Positions 31,740-42,930 are shown, numbered from the stretch's first letter. The stretch: DNA of 64,000 nucleotides from Leptolyngbyaceae cyanobacterium (GCA_965263355.1 CBDHHL010000032.1:2560001-2624000); one strand, 5' to 3'. The notes: generated by a model not told the origin, from the sequence alone. Translations and numbers: made by a program.

Positions 31740-31837
31740 GCACTCTGTTTGGCCCTTGAGGCACAGGCTATAGACAGAAAGAGAGATAAGCGATAGCTTA
31801 CCTCTCGGTGCGTGAATAAACGTCTGGGCAGATTTTT

Positions 31838-32476
31838 TTAATGGAGCGATGGGTTGTGGCGAATCAAGTCCATAAACTCTTGACGCGTGCGGGCATCGTC
31901 AGCAAACACCCCTTGCATCGAACTAGTGACAGTCCAAGAACCTGGCTTCTGCACCCCGCGCATCACCATACACATATGAGACGCTTCGACGACAACTGCC
32001 ACACCCTGGGGTTTTAAAAGACCCTGGAGAGCGTTGCCAATTTGTTGAGTTAACCGTTCTTGAACCTGTAACCGTCGCGCATACATTTCACAAATACGGG
32101 CAACTTTTGATAAGCCAATCACCTTACCATTAGGAATGTAGGCAACATGGGCACGGCCTAAAATCGGTAGGATATGGTGTTCACAAGAACTGAACAGATC
32201 AATATCGCGTATCAGCACCATTTCATTGGCGTCTTCATGGAAAACGGCTCCATTCAGCAGTTCATCTAGAGACTGATGATAACCAGAGGTTAAAAATTTG
32301 AGGGCTTTGACCACACGTTTTGGTGTATCGCGCAATCCTTCGCGGTCGGGATCTTCGCCTAAGCCTAGAAGCAGTGTACGTACGGCTTGCTGCATATCTT
32401 CGTCTGAGACAGGGGCTTTAGCTTCAGTACTGATTAACTGGTTACGAATGTCGTCGGGAGAAAAGGATAAGGTCAT
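31838..32476 (-). CDS. folE: GTP cyclohydrolase I
   Basis: [51 protein letters not shown]. Confidence 0.97.
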   Translation of the reverse strand: MTLSFSPDDIRNQLISTEAKAPVSDEDMQQAVRTLLLGLGEDPDREGLRDTPKRVVKALKFLTSGYHQSLDELLNGAVFHEDANEMVLIRDIDLFSSCEHHILPILGRAHVAYIPNGKVIGLSKVARICEMYARRLQVQERLTQQIGNALQGLLKPQGVAVVVEASHMCMVMRGVQKPGSWTVTSSMQGVFADDARTRQEFMDLIRHNPSLH

Positions 32477-32660
32477 AATAACGAGTGGGTAATTTTGGGT
32501 GGATTTATTAAGCTGTCGAGCGATGGCGAAGCCGGTCCAGAGGACCATCGCAAACCGATCAACCCCCTTCAGTCAAGAACTGAAAGACTGGTAACAATTG
32601 CCGCATTGGGTGACAATTGCCCGTCAGCTAGCAATAGCGCTATCCCGACGAATTTTGAAA

Positions 32661-33704
32661 TCAGGCCAGGCATGCCGTCAGCTGTTGCTGAATGTCATCG
32701 CCATTGAGATGTCGCCCGATAAAAACAAGCTGGTTTCGAGGAGGGGTGCGCCATTCTTCCCCATCGATAGAAAAACGCGGACCGCTCAGCTGAAAAATGT
32801 TGCGTAGGTCGCTTTCCTCAAACCAGAGAATTCCTTTTGCTCGAAAAACATTTTGTGGAAGATTATTTTGCAAAAAGTGTTCAAACTTTTTTATCTGGAA
32901 GGGGCGATCGCTCTCAAATGAAATTGAGATAAACCCGTCATTATCCAGGTGGGATGAATGGTGATGGTCATGATGGCTATGATCGTGATGCCCATGGTGG
33001 TCGTGATGCTCATGACTGTGGTCGTGATGCTCATGGCCGTGGTGATACTCGTCTTCTAGCCCAACATAATTTTCGGGATTGTTATAGCCGACATCTAAAA
33101 TTAGCCGCAGGGGTACCTGACCCTGCTGACTGCGCAAAATCCTTGCCCCTGCTTTAACGCTATTAAGATAGTCTTCTAACGTTTTCACTTGATCTGATGA
33201 CGCTAAATCAACCTTGTTAACAATTGTAACATCAGCGTAGGTAATTTGCTTGAAGGCGGCTTCACTCTCAAAATGATCGGGTGTGAAAGTTTCGGCATCC
33301 ACCATGGCAATAATGGAATCCAGTCGGGTAAGGTCCCGCAGTTCTGTACCCAGAAACGTTAGGATAATGGGCAGTGGGTCAGCCACCCCGGTGGTTTCAA
33401 TCACCATGTAGTCGATGCGGTCATCGCGCTCTAGCACCCGATAGACAGCATCCACTAGGTCATCGTTGATGGTGCAGCAAATGCAGCCATTGCTAAGTTC
33501 AACCATGGCTTCATCCATGGACACTAACAGCTGACTGTCGATATTGATATCACCAAATTCATTGACTAGGACAGCAACTTTTAGGTCTTTGTTGTTGCTC
33601 AGAATGTGGTTTAAGAGCGTTGTTTTACCACTGCCGAGAAATCCGGTGATAATGGTTACGGGCATTCCTCTTTTAGTGGAACTGGGAGCTATTGAGGTTG
33701 TCAT
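32661..33704 (-). CDS. COG0523/CobW family GTPase metallochaperone
   Basis: GFLGSGKTT, NEFG, GCICC, ETTGVADP, His-rich insert, RAKG. Confidence 0.95.
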   Translation of the reverse strand: MTTSIAPSSTKRGMPVTIITGFLGSGKTTLLNHILSNNKDLKVAVLVNEFGDINIDSQLLVSMDEAMVELSNGCICCTINDDLVDAVYRVLERDDRIDYMVIETTGVADPLPIILTFLGTELRDLTRLDSIIAMVDAETFTPDHFESEAAFKQITYADVTIVNKVDLASSDQVKTLEDYLNSVKAGARILRSQQGQVPLRLILDVGYNNPENYVGLEDEYHHGHEHHDHSHEHHDHHGHHDHSHHDHHHSSHLDNDGFISISFESDRPFQIKKFEHFLQNNLPQNVFRAKGILWFEESDLRNIFQLSGPRFSIDGEEWRTPPRNQLVFIGRHLNGDDIQQQLTACLA

Positions 33705-34002
33705 GGTATGAAGTCTAGAAGATTTTTAGTAAGATAGCTTGGGCAATTGATTGCGTATAAAAGGTGCTGCTTGGGGTCTCTCCGAGTTCCCTTTCTGGAA
33801 GTAGTTCAGTTATTTCTTTTAGGCGTATTGGGGTTTCCCATGGGCAGGGCCGGAACGCCGCCCTGCAACCCAACATACTGAGTTATCCCTAATGGCATTA
33901 AGTTGAGGTTACGGCGGGGGCGATTATAAATGTTCTGGATCGATTTCTGCAGAAGATTCAGAGTGTGAGACTTAAATCATAAGATTATTGCTTAAAGAAT
34001 CC

Positions 34003-34842
34003 TTAGAGGGCCAACTTGCGGGTGTTGGGCGCAAGCATGGCCAACAAAAAAATCGCCAGTTGAACGGTAACAATACTGGGACCTGAGGGTAAATCGAAAA
34101 AGGCAGAAACCATCATGCCAGTGGTGGCCCCTAACGCACCTAAGCCCGCTGAAATTAGGATGTACTGAACGAAGGTACGGCTGAGAAGACGAGCCGCACA
34201 GGCGGGAATTACCACAAACGCGCTAATCAACAAAACGCCGATAGCCTTAATGGAAATACCCACCACCAAGGATAACAACACAATAAACGCCGTACGCTGG
34301 GCAGACACAGATACGCCCCGAGCGATAGCCATGGGCTCATGGAGTGTCAGAAGAATTTGAGAGCGCAACGTCAGCCCCACAAATATGACACATACCACCA
34401 ATAGCAATCCGCTAAGGATTAAGTCACTAGTTCGCATAGCCAGGATATCACCAAATAATAGATGGGTGATACCACCTTTATAGTCATCACGAAAACTCAG
34501 TAAAATAATACCAATGGCCAGGGAAGATGAGTAAACAATGTTCAACAGAGCATCGGTCCAGAGACGGGTGCGTTCCAGAAAATAGGTCACACCCAATGCA
34601 AAAAGAACCGCAAAGGGTAACAATACCCAGCCAGGATCCAAACCCAGCAGGAATCCAATGCTAATACCCAATAGGGCTGAGTGCCCCAAGGTATCACTAA
34701 AAAAAGAAAGCTGTCGGAGAACGGTAAAGCTACCCAATAGGCCGCCCATAAGTCCAGTTAGAACACTACCCATAAGTGCCCGATGCATAAAGGGCAGTTG
34801 AAACAGTTCAATCACACGGGTGAATTCAGCCTGGATTGTCAT
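34003..34842 (-). CDS. znuB: Zn ABC transporter permease
   Basis: SFFSDTLGHSALLG, LLFGDIL, DLPSGPSIV. Confidence 0.9.
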   Translation of the reverse strand: MTIQAEFTRVIELFQLPFMHRALMGSVLTGLMGGLLGSFTVLRQLSFFSDTLGHSALLGISIGFLLGLDPGWVLLPFAVLFALGVTYFLERTRLWTDALLNIVYSSSLAIGIILLSFRDDYKGGITHLLFGDILAMRTSDLILSGLLLVVCVIFVGLTLRSQILLTLHEPMAIARGVSVSAQRTAFIVLLSLVVGISIKAIGVLLISAFVVIPACAARLLSRTFVQYILISAGLGALGATTGMMVSAFFDLPSGPSIVTVQLAIFLLAMLAPNTRKLAL

Positions 34843-34851
34843 GGTAAAAAC

Positions 34852-35616
34852 TTAACAAGAATGGTGATAGCGAACAAACTCAGAGCCATAGGCCAGGGAC
34901 AGGTTCTCTGGGGTAAGCGAATGTTCGGGGGTTCCCTGGCATAGGAGGGTACGATTTAGACAGAGGACGCGATCGCAACTGCGACGCACCATATCCAGAT
35001 CGTGAGAGATCTGCAAAATTGCCCAACCCTGCTCTTTTTTAAGCTGGTGCAGCAACCGGTAAAATTCCGATTCGTTATGCACATCCAATCCAGCAGGAGC
35101 CTCATCAAGAATCAGCAACCGACGAGGCCGCACTAGACAATAGGCCAGCAGTACCCGCTTTAGTTCTCCTCCTGACAACGCACTCACAAGCTTGTGACGC
35201 AAATACCAGGCATCCACCTGGGTCAATGCCTGCTCTACAGCGTGGCGGCGCGCCCGTCCACCAGCCCAGGGCAGCTGTATACCCAGCCGATCCCAGCCTA
35301 GCCCCACCAGTTCCTTTACCGTAATGGGAATACGGCGATCAAACAGAAAATTCTGAGGTAGATAGGCAATCTGTTGTCTCACCGCCGTTGGCAGTTTGCC
35401 TTTGGGAGAAAGCGGCTGCCCTAGGACAAACACCTCCCCCGACTGGCGTGGCAAGATTCCCAGTATGGCCTGGATTAAGGTGCTCTTTCCGGCTCCGTTA
35501 GGCCCCACAATCGCGGTATCCATGCCAGCTGGCACCGCAAACGATACATTCTGAACCGCTGCATAGGCCTCTCGGTAAACCGTCAACTCGTTGACGACTA
35601 AAACTGGATCGCTCAA
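34852..35616 (-). CDS. znuC: Zn ABC transporter ATP-binding protein
   Basis: GPNGAGKST, LSGGE, ILDEA, ISHDL. Confidence 0.9.
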   Translation of the reverse strand: MSDPVLVVNELTVYREAYAAVQNVSFAVPAGMDTAIVGPNGAGKSTLIQAILGILPRQSGEVFVLGQPLSPKGKLPTAVRQQIAYLPQNFLFDRRIPITVKELVGLGWDRLGIQLPWAGGRARRHAVEQALTQVDAWYLRHKLVSALSGGELKRVLLAYCLVRPRRLLILDEAPAGLDVHNESEFYRLLHQLKKEQGWAILQISHDLDMVRRSCDRVLCLNRTLLCQGTPEHSLTPENLSLAYGSEFVRYHHSC

Positions 35617-35652
35617 CTGCTCTCTCCTGGCCCCATAAAATCATCCTTCATA

Positions 35653-36912
35653 TTAAAGCCACCAATCGATGACGGCCACCGGCTGAGGTGACAAGAACGG
35701 ATACCAGGATTGCGTGGATGCCCCAAAGGCATTTGCCAGATTCTCAGCATTCTGGCGCATGGTGGTCAGATAGTAGTCTGGCTGTATCGCCTCTGAAGAA
35801 CCTACTGCAATGGGGTCAAACTCACTTACGTTAATGGAAAGGTCTTGTGCGACCGCCTTGAAAGAAGAGTCTCCAGCCTGGGGCTCGGTCATAATGGTTT
35901 TTAGACCTTCCGCCTGCACTGTGTCCACAACCCGCTTTACATCCTCCGGAGATGGACTTTCCTCGGGAAGACCCACTAGAAACTCGGCTTCTAGTCCATA
36001 GCTGCTGGCAAAGTAAGCAGCAAAGTCGTGAAACACTACAAAGGTTTGTCCAGCAAAGGGGGACAACATTTCTGTAATCTCAGCATCTAAGGCCTGCAGT
36101 TCAGTAATAAATGCAGCCGCGTTAGCGGTGTATTCAGCCTCTCCTTCTGGATCGACGGCAATTAAACCATCGCGAATATTTTCGACCTGTTCAATAGCTC
36201 GCTTGGGGTCCAGCCAGATATGAGGATCAAATTCACCATGGGCATGGCCATGAGCGTCTGCATGGGCGTCTTCGCCATGATCATCATGACCCTCTTCAGC
36301 GTGGTCATCATGGGCTTCTTCTCCATGATCATCATGACCCTCTTCGCCATGATCATCGTGGACCTTGGCTTCAGCGTGGTCGTCATGGTCTTCTTCTCCA
36401 TGGGCATGGCCATGATCGTCTTCTTTCGCATGGTCTTCTTCGCCATGATCATCGTGGCCTTTTTCTTCAGCGCCGTGCCCTTCTTCACCAGTGGCCAACA
36501 CAGCAATCTCCTCACTGGAGTCGATGGTGACCAGATCGGAATTTTCCGCATTCTCGATCATGTCATCTAAATAGAATTCTAGTTCCAGACCGTTTTTCAC
36601 CAACACGTCTGCACCGGCAACCGCCTGAATATCACTGGGTTTGGCTTGAAAGTCATGGGGACCGACATTGGTGGGTAGTAGCTGTAGCACCTCAGCGCGA
36701 TCGCCTGCTACTGCTTTGGTGAACTGGGTGATCGGCAAAAATGTTGTAACCACTTGCAATGAGTCTTCAGAGGCAGTTGCTACCTCTGAAGTGTCAGCAG
36801 CATCACTAGTGGCTGTAGGAGCAGTAGTTGTACAGCCGCCCAGGGTGATAATTGCCCCCAGCGCTATGATCGACAACTGTTGTACCTGCCATTGAAAATT
36901 CAGTCTAGACAT
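35653..36912 (-). CDS. znuA: Zn ABC transporter substrate-binding lipoprotein with long His/Glu/Asp loop
   Basis: LGGC lipobox, GPHDF, DPHIWLDP, VFHDF. Confidence 0.9.
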   Translation of the reverse strand: MSRLNFQWQVQQLSIIALGAIITLGGCTTTAPTATSDAADTSEVATASEDSLQVVTTFLPITQFTKAVAGDRAEVLQLLPTNVGPHDFQAKPSDIQAVAGADVLVKNGLELEFYLDDMIENAENSDLVTIDSSEEIAVLATGEEGHGAEEKGHDDHGEEDHAKEDDHGHAHGEEDHDDHAEAKVHDDHGEEGHDDHGEEAHDDHAEEGHDDHGEDAHADAHGHAHGEFDPHIWLDPKRAIEQVENIRDGLIAVDPEGEAEYTANAAAFITELQALDAEITEMLSPFAGQTFVVFHDFAAYFASSYGLEAEFLVGLPEESPSPEDVKRVVDTVQAEGLKTIMTEPQAGDSSFKAVAQDLSINVSEFDPIAVGSSEAIQPDYYLTTMRQNAENLANAFGASTQSWYPFLSPQPVAVIDWWL

Positions 36913-36960
36913 AACTGTGCTATCTCCAAAAACAACATTAATTCTTTTGGCTTTATCTTG

Positions 36961-38121
<1,161 letters not shown>

Positions 38122-38130
38122 TTAAAATCC

Positions 38131-38520
38131 ATGACTCAGGTTCACTGTACTCGGGCTCAAACAACAGTACTGCAGGTACTGCGGCAGCAGCCTGAACCGA
38201 CATCGGCTCAGGCTCTGTATACGCTTATCAAGAAACATCAGCGGATTGGTTTAGCAACGGTATATCGAGCCCTCGATGCGCTAAAGCGTATGGGAAAGGT
38301 GCAGCATCGGGTAACGTTAACGGGGGAGACACTCTACAATGCCGTGGAGCAGGACCATCACTACATGACCTGTTTGGACTGTGGGCAGTCGTTTCCTCTG
38401 GATACGTGTCCTTTGAAGGGGCTAGAGTTTTCACTCCAGCACTCCAGCTCATTCACAATCTACTATCACACCCTCGAATTTTTTGGCCTTTGCGAACCCT
38501 GCTCAGTTCAAGGCGGGTGA
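38131..38520 (+). CDS. zur: Fur family regulator, probably Zur
   Basis: GLATVYRAL, HHYMTCLDC, HTLEFFGLCEPC; divergent from the zinc uptake operon. Confidence 0.85.
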   Translation: MTQVHCTRAQTTVLQVLRQQPEPTSAQALYTLIKKHQRIGLATVYRALDALKRMGKVQHRVTLTGETLYNAVEQDHHYMTCLDCGQSFPLDTCPLKGLEFSLQHSSSFTIYYHTLEFFGLCEPCSVQGG

Positions 38521-38682
38521 CGTTTGGGATTTAGCGGGCTAGAAAAAGGGGATAAGAATCACAATCATGCCCATAGTCTAAAATAGGAAGCACACCCTAA
38601 AGGCTCTAAGTGGTAAGCCGATAAGAACGGCGACACTTGGGCAGAGCGTCTTTATTTGGAAAGCATTTGGTGATGATGCAGT

Positions 38683-39324
38683 ATGACCCAAGCAGTTGAT
38701 TTAATACCCTCGTCGCCATCACCATTATCATTGCAAGATTTTCTTGTGTGGGATAGCGGTGATGATCGTCTATACGAATTAATTGAGGGTGAGCCGATGC
38801 CGATGAGCGATCCCACTGCTAATCATGAGGATGTGGCAGATAATCTTTGTGATCTTCTCAGGCTGCATTGTTTAGAAAAAAACTTGCCCTTCGTACCTAA
38901 GCGTTCCAAGTTAATCTCTATTGGTTCTCGGAATGGACGAGACACTGCTAGACGTGGCGATATTGTTGTTTTTGCAAAGGCTGAATGGGAACGGATGAAA
39001 GGGCTGTCTAGCTCAGCGATGGCTTATATTGCTCCGCCATTGGTCATTGAGGTGGTGTCAACAAACTGGCGAGATGATTATTTGACTAAGCTGGCTGAGT
39101 ATGAATCTATTGGTGTGCAAGAATATTGGATTGTTGACTATGGGGCGTTAGGAGGGATGCGGTATATCGGTCATCCGAAGCAATCTACATTGTCGATTTA
39201 TACTATGGACCCCGAGACAGGCGAATTTGGTATGCCACAACAGTTTCGCGGAGATAACAATATTAAGTCTACTGTTGTCCCTGAACTGGCAGTAACGGCC
39301 AAGACTTTATGGAAAGAAGATTAG
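38683..39324 (+). CDS. Uma2 family endonuclease
   Basis: YELIEG, PPLVIEVVSTNWRDDY..KLAEYE..EYWIVD. Confidence 0.92.
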   Translation: MTQAVDLIPSSPSPLSLQDFLVWDSGDDRLYELIEGEPMPMSDPTANHEDVADNLCDLLRLHCLEKNLPFVPKRSKLISIGSRNGRDTARRGDIVVFAKAEWERMKGLSSSAMAYIAPPLVIEVVSTNWRDDYLTKLAEYESIGVQEYWIVDYGALGGMRYIGHPKQSTLSIYTMDPETGEFGMPQQFRGDNNIKSTVVPELAVTAKTLWKED

Positions 39325-39497
39325 AGAGTACTGTCTTTTGGATGGAGGCCCCAGATGTTGGATACTCATCAGGGGATTGTGCGGGCGATCGCATCTCAGC
39401 CTGAGTCGTTTTTTTGTTGCTGCAGAAGATGGCCTGCTTGGTCTTTGAGATAAAGGCAGTCATCTTGTCCAGAGTCTTAATGAAGCTTGTCGATTAA

Positions 39498-40976
39498 AGA
39501 ATCTATGCAAGCCGTGAGAGGCTATAGAATCCAGCTATCCCCTCTTACACTTGGAGAAACGTTATGAAGATTCTAGCGATTGACCTGGGCAAATTCAACT
39601 GTGTATCGTGTCTGCTGGACACGGAAAGTAACGCGAGTGAATTTGATACGTTTAAGACGTACCGACGGGAATTTAAAGAAATATTACATCGTACTCAACC
39701 CCACTTGGTAGTAGTGGAAACATGTTCGATTACCGGATGGGTGCATGATCTGTGTGTTGCTGAAGACTATCAAGTACTGGTGGCCGATCCGAGTCAGGAG
39801 GCGTGGCGTTGGAAAAACGTCAAACGCAAAACGGATAAAGACGATGCACTGAAGTTAGCAAAACTGGCGGCTCTCGAGCAGATCAACCCAGTGTACGTGC
39901 CTGCACCAGAGACTCGACAATATCGGCACTTGGTGAAGTATCGAAAAGTGGTGGTTTGGCGTATCAATCGGGTTCAAAATGCGATTCGTGCGTTGTTTGA
40001 TCAACACGGGGTGAAAATACCATCAGGTCACCGAGCCTGGACCATCCAGGGGATTGACGAATTAAGCCAACACCGCCGAGTGCTGGCGGAGTGCGATGAG
40101 CACAATCTATGGCGTGGGGAATTAGAGTTAGAATTAACGATGCTGGACCAACTATGGGAGCACCTGGCAACCATTGAACGGAAATTAGAAATACTCGCAA
40201 AGCAGGAGGAGCGCATCCAACTATTGCAGACCATTCCTGGGGTTGGTCGTAAAACAGCCGAAGTGATTGTCACTTGTTTGGATGATCCGAAGCGATTTGA
40301 AAATTCGCGGCAAGTGTGTGCCTATGCTGGATTAATACCCCAACAACATCAATCCGGACAAACCAATCGCTTGGGTAAGATTACTAAACGGGGACCAAGA
40401 TTACTCCGAACGGCATTAGTGGAAGTGTCCTGGCTGATGTTGCGTCACAACGAATGGGCGGCAGCTACTTATGCACGCATTAGTGGAGGACAGAAGACCC
40501 GCAAGAAAACAGCGATTGTAGCCGTTGCCCGGAAGTTGTTGGTGCGATGTTGGGCGATGTTGTTACACAACCAGCCGTGGAATCCAGAGTTAGCTCAGCC
40601 AACACCATAGATAACAAAATTTAGAAGAGAGATGGAGAGAACAAAGTGAGACTCTAGCATGAGCTTGAAGCTTCACGTAATCTGAAACAAGGTTGCCCTA
40701 ACGTTCGCGTAGCGTCTCCGTAGGAGTTATAAGCCATGCACCTTTGTAAAAACTCTTGAGACAATGCAATAGAACACACGTTCAAATAGCATTGACACCT
40801 CGGATAGTCGGTTAAATCCACTTTGCCCTCATTAATTCTCAATCAAAAAGACAGTCCTAAGAACAAAGGTAAATCATCTTGACTAACAACAAGATGAGAG
40901 ATTGATGTGGATAGAAAATGAGAGACTCTCCGAAAAAAATGCCGAAACCCACTTGACACGTTCACGGCTTCATAGT
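39498..40976 (+). mobile_element. IS110-family (IS1111-like) element, copy 1, inserted in attC
   Basis: Ends defined by identity with 48638-50093; sub-terminal IRs CTATGCAAGCCGTGA / TCACGGCTTCATAG; long 3' non-coding region; no target duplication. Confidence 0.92.
39564..40610 (+). CDS. IS110 family transposase (DEDD recombinase)
   Basis: LAIDLGK, VVET, KTDKDDA, TIPGVG, AYAGLIP..QSG, AVARKL. Confidence 0.96.
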   Translation: MKILAIDLGKFNCVSCLLDTESNASEFDTFKTYRREFKEILHRTQPHLVVVETCSITGWVHDLCVAEDYQVLVADPSQEAWRWKNVKRKTDKDDALKLAKLAALEQINPVYVPAPETRQYRHLVKYRKVVVWRINRVQNAIRALFDQHGVKIPSGHRAWTIQGIDELSQHRRVLAECDEHNLWRGELELELTMLDQLWEHLATIERKLEILAKQEERIQLLQTIPGVGRKTAEVIVTCLDDPKRFENSRQVCAYAGLIPQQHQSGQTNRLGKITKRGPRLLRTALVEVSWLMLRHNEWAAATYARISGGQKTRKKTAIVAVARKLLVRCWAMLLHNQPWNPELAQPTP

Positions 40977-41056
40977 CGTGAAGCTGAGCGGCGGCCAGGA
41001 ACTTTGGTATCATCATCTAAATTTTACCCTCCGTCTGTTCCTGCGCAGTGTTAGCT
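40977..41056 (-). other. attC-like site interrupted by IS copy 1
   Basis: Minus strand AGCTAAC..GCAGGAACAGACGG...CCGCCGCTCAGCTTCACG; the remaining TTAATC of the core is at 39497-39492. Confidence 0.85.
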
Positions 41057-41087
41057 GGTGTTCTCCACAAACCGTATCGTATTGATC

Positions 41088-41576
41088 TTAGGGCTCTTGG
41101 GCAAGGACTAAGATACGCTGATACAGCAGGGGACTGACACGAAAACCAGCTTGGTTGATCAAATCATCCATAATGGGTTGCACTTGGGGAATGAGGTTTC
41201 TTTGCTTGGCAACGAGCAAAATACCCAGAATACCGATTATGGATAGTCCAAGTTGAAGGGCTTGTTGCCGTCCCAAGCGCTCATCAATAAGCAGATCATC
41301 GGCTTGTAGCTCAAGTGCCAGCGCGATCGCACTCGCTTCTCCTGCATCCAGTCCTCGGTCTTGTTGTAATTGATTGGCAAGTTGAAGATTGCTAAGGGAT
41401 TGCGTTTGAATCCAGTCTAATTGCAGAATGCTTGAAATGGTTGGATTACTGGCGGTTGCGAGTTCGCTGGCAACAACGTCTGGAATAATTACGGTTTGGT
41501 AAATTGACTCTAGCAGCCAGAGATGATTGACAAGGGCAAGATTGCTGAGGGCAGAAGTATCGCTGACGACGATCAT
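41088..41576 (-). CDS. DUF3368 PIN-like toxin
   Basis: MIVVSDTSAL, LDAGEASAIALA, LLIDERLGR. Confidence 0.9.
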   Translation of the reverse strand: MIVVSDTSALSNLALVNHLWLLESIYQTVIIPDVVASELATASNPTISSILQLDWIQTQSLSNLQLANQLQQDRGLDAGEASAIALALELQADDLLIDERLGRQQALQLGLSIIGILGILLVAKQRNLIPQVQPIMDDLINQAGFRVSPLLYQRILVLAQEP

Positions 41577-41833
41577 AGCCAGCCCCGCTCGCGCAGGTGC
41601 TGAACATCTTGCTCAAGGTCTTCTACATCGTAGTGAACACAGATGCCCCGATCTGCCAGTAATTTCTGAAACGGGATGATTTCCATTCCAGCAATTTTGC
41701 TGGCGCGACTGAGGGAAATCAGCTCTTGTTGAAACAGTGCGATCGCAATTTCCCGAAACCAGTCGCTCTGATTAAAAGTTTCGGTTTGACTGAGATTATC
41801 AGGTAGGTTCAGAGTAATTTGCATAGGGTTCAC
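41573..41833 (-). CDS. UPF0175 family antitoxin
   Basis: EIAIALFQ..ISLSRASKIAG..F..LL..RGI..HYDVEDL. Confidence 0.9.
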   Translation of the reverse strand: MNPMQITLNLPDNLSQTETFNQSDWFREIAIALFQQELISLSRASKIAGMEIIPFQKLLADRGICVHYDVEDLEQDVQHLRERGWL

Positions 41834-41970
41834 CTGTAAATGGAAGCTCGTTGAGCCTACATTCTCAATTTTAACCTGTGCCTAACTTCAGTTGTGCCAT
41901 CGACTACATAACCCGCAGCAGGAATTATGCCAAATCTTCAAGTTATCACCTCAGCCGAATTCAAGGAGCT

Positions 41971-42052
41971 AGCTAACGAGGAACTGAGCGGCGGGCAATA
42001 CTTTTGCCTCTACCTGGACTTTAAATCCGTCCGCTCCTTCACAGAGTTAGAC
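41971..42052 (-). other. attC-like recombination site
   Basis: Minus GTCTAAC..GAAGGAGCGGACGG...CCGCCGCTCAGTTCCTC-GTTAGCT. Confidence 0.85.
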
Positions 42053-42076
42053 GGCAAGAGCGATCGCACCTCGCCT

Positions 42077-42760
42077 GTAGGTTGGGTTGAGTTAGCGAAA
42101 CCCAACAATATCAGAATATTCACCTAATCCCAATCCATCTTTTCCATCATTTTAATTTCTCCACCAGCACCCCAATCACTCGGATAATACCCCCGCTCAA
42201 CATACCCATGAAAACTTGAATACGATCAATCGCAGCACGGAGAGTCAACTAACTGGTGACTGACCGGATTATAGTGAATATAGTCAACATGTCGTGAAAA
42301 ATCTTTTTCATCGCGAATCTGATGCTCCCAAAATCGACGCTGCCAGATAGCTTGTTCTTTTTTCGTCTGGCGGCTTGATGACCGTTGTCGCTTGTAATGT
42401 GCTGGGCAATGTCAGCTGAAATACGTCTTAATCAATCGCCAACGGGTGGAAAAATCGGCATCTCCGTCGGGCAAGGTCCAGATGCAATGTAGATGGTCGG
42501 GTAGTACCACAATTGCGTCAATATTAAACGGATGACGTTGTTTGACGGTGTGGAAGGCTTCGCGCAGTAGTTGAATCGTTTGCTCAGTTTTGAAGAGGTG
42601 CTGGCGGTTGTAGGTGACTACGGTGAAGAAGTAGGTTGCACCGGGTGTGGTGGCGCGGCGGTATTGCATGGGGGTGGCCTATCGGGTGTAGGTTTAGGAT
42701 AGGCAGGATGAGGGCTAGGATAACTGTGGGTGTTGGGTTTCATGATTCAACCCAACCTAC
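42077..42760. mobile_element. REP-flanked RAYT unit, copy 1
   Basis: Inverted GTAG REPs at 42077-42107 (GTAGGTTGGGTTGAG..AACCCAACA) and 42731-42760. Confidence 0.85.
42124..42669 (-). pseudogene. REP-associated tyrosine transposase (RAYT), nonsense-disrupted
   Basis: YFFTVVT, VVLPDHLHCIW, then TGA at 42414-42412; frame resumes with WQRRFWEH..YIHYNP; a second stop later. Confidence 0.9.
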
Positions 42761-42798
42761 GGCGAGGTGCGATCGCTCTACGGCGAGGTGCGATCGCT

Positions 42799-42893
42799 CT
42801 GGTTAAACATTCCGAGGCTCACATCCCCTGAAAACTAACGGAAAGAGACAGTTGGGAGTCTCTTCGCCTCCTCTGAGCGATTTCGAGTCGCGC
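42799..42893 (-). mobile_element. 5' remnant of a group II intron
   Basis: About 95 bp similar to the intron 5' end at 56821-56916; starts GCGCGACTCGAA directly after GTTAGAC. Confidence 0.8.
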
Positions 42894-42930
42894 GTCTAAC
42901 AATATATTAGGCTTCTATTTAGTAGGTTCA

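Noticed and set aside
33780..33880. Cobalamin riboswitch upstream of the CobW-like gene
   Set aside because: Only a REP-like hairpin is present; the conserved B12-box elements were not found.
36162..36570. Met-rich ORFs overlapping znuA
   Set aside because: Alternative-frame artefacts of the His/Asp/Glu repeat loop.
41927..42127. 66-aa ORF
   Set aside because: Reads through an attC site and a REP; the same applies to 45924-46112 and 56761-56991.
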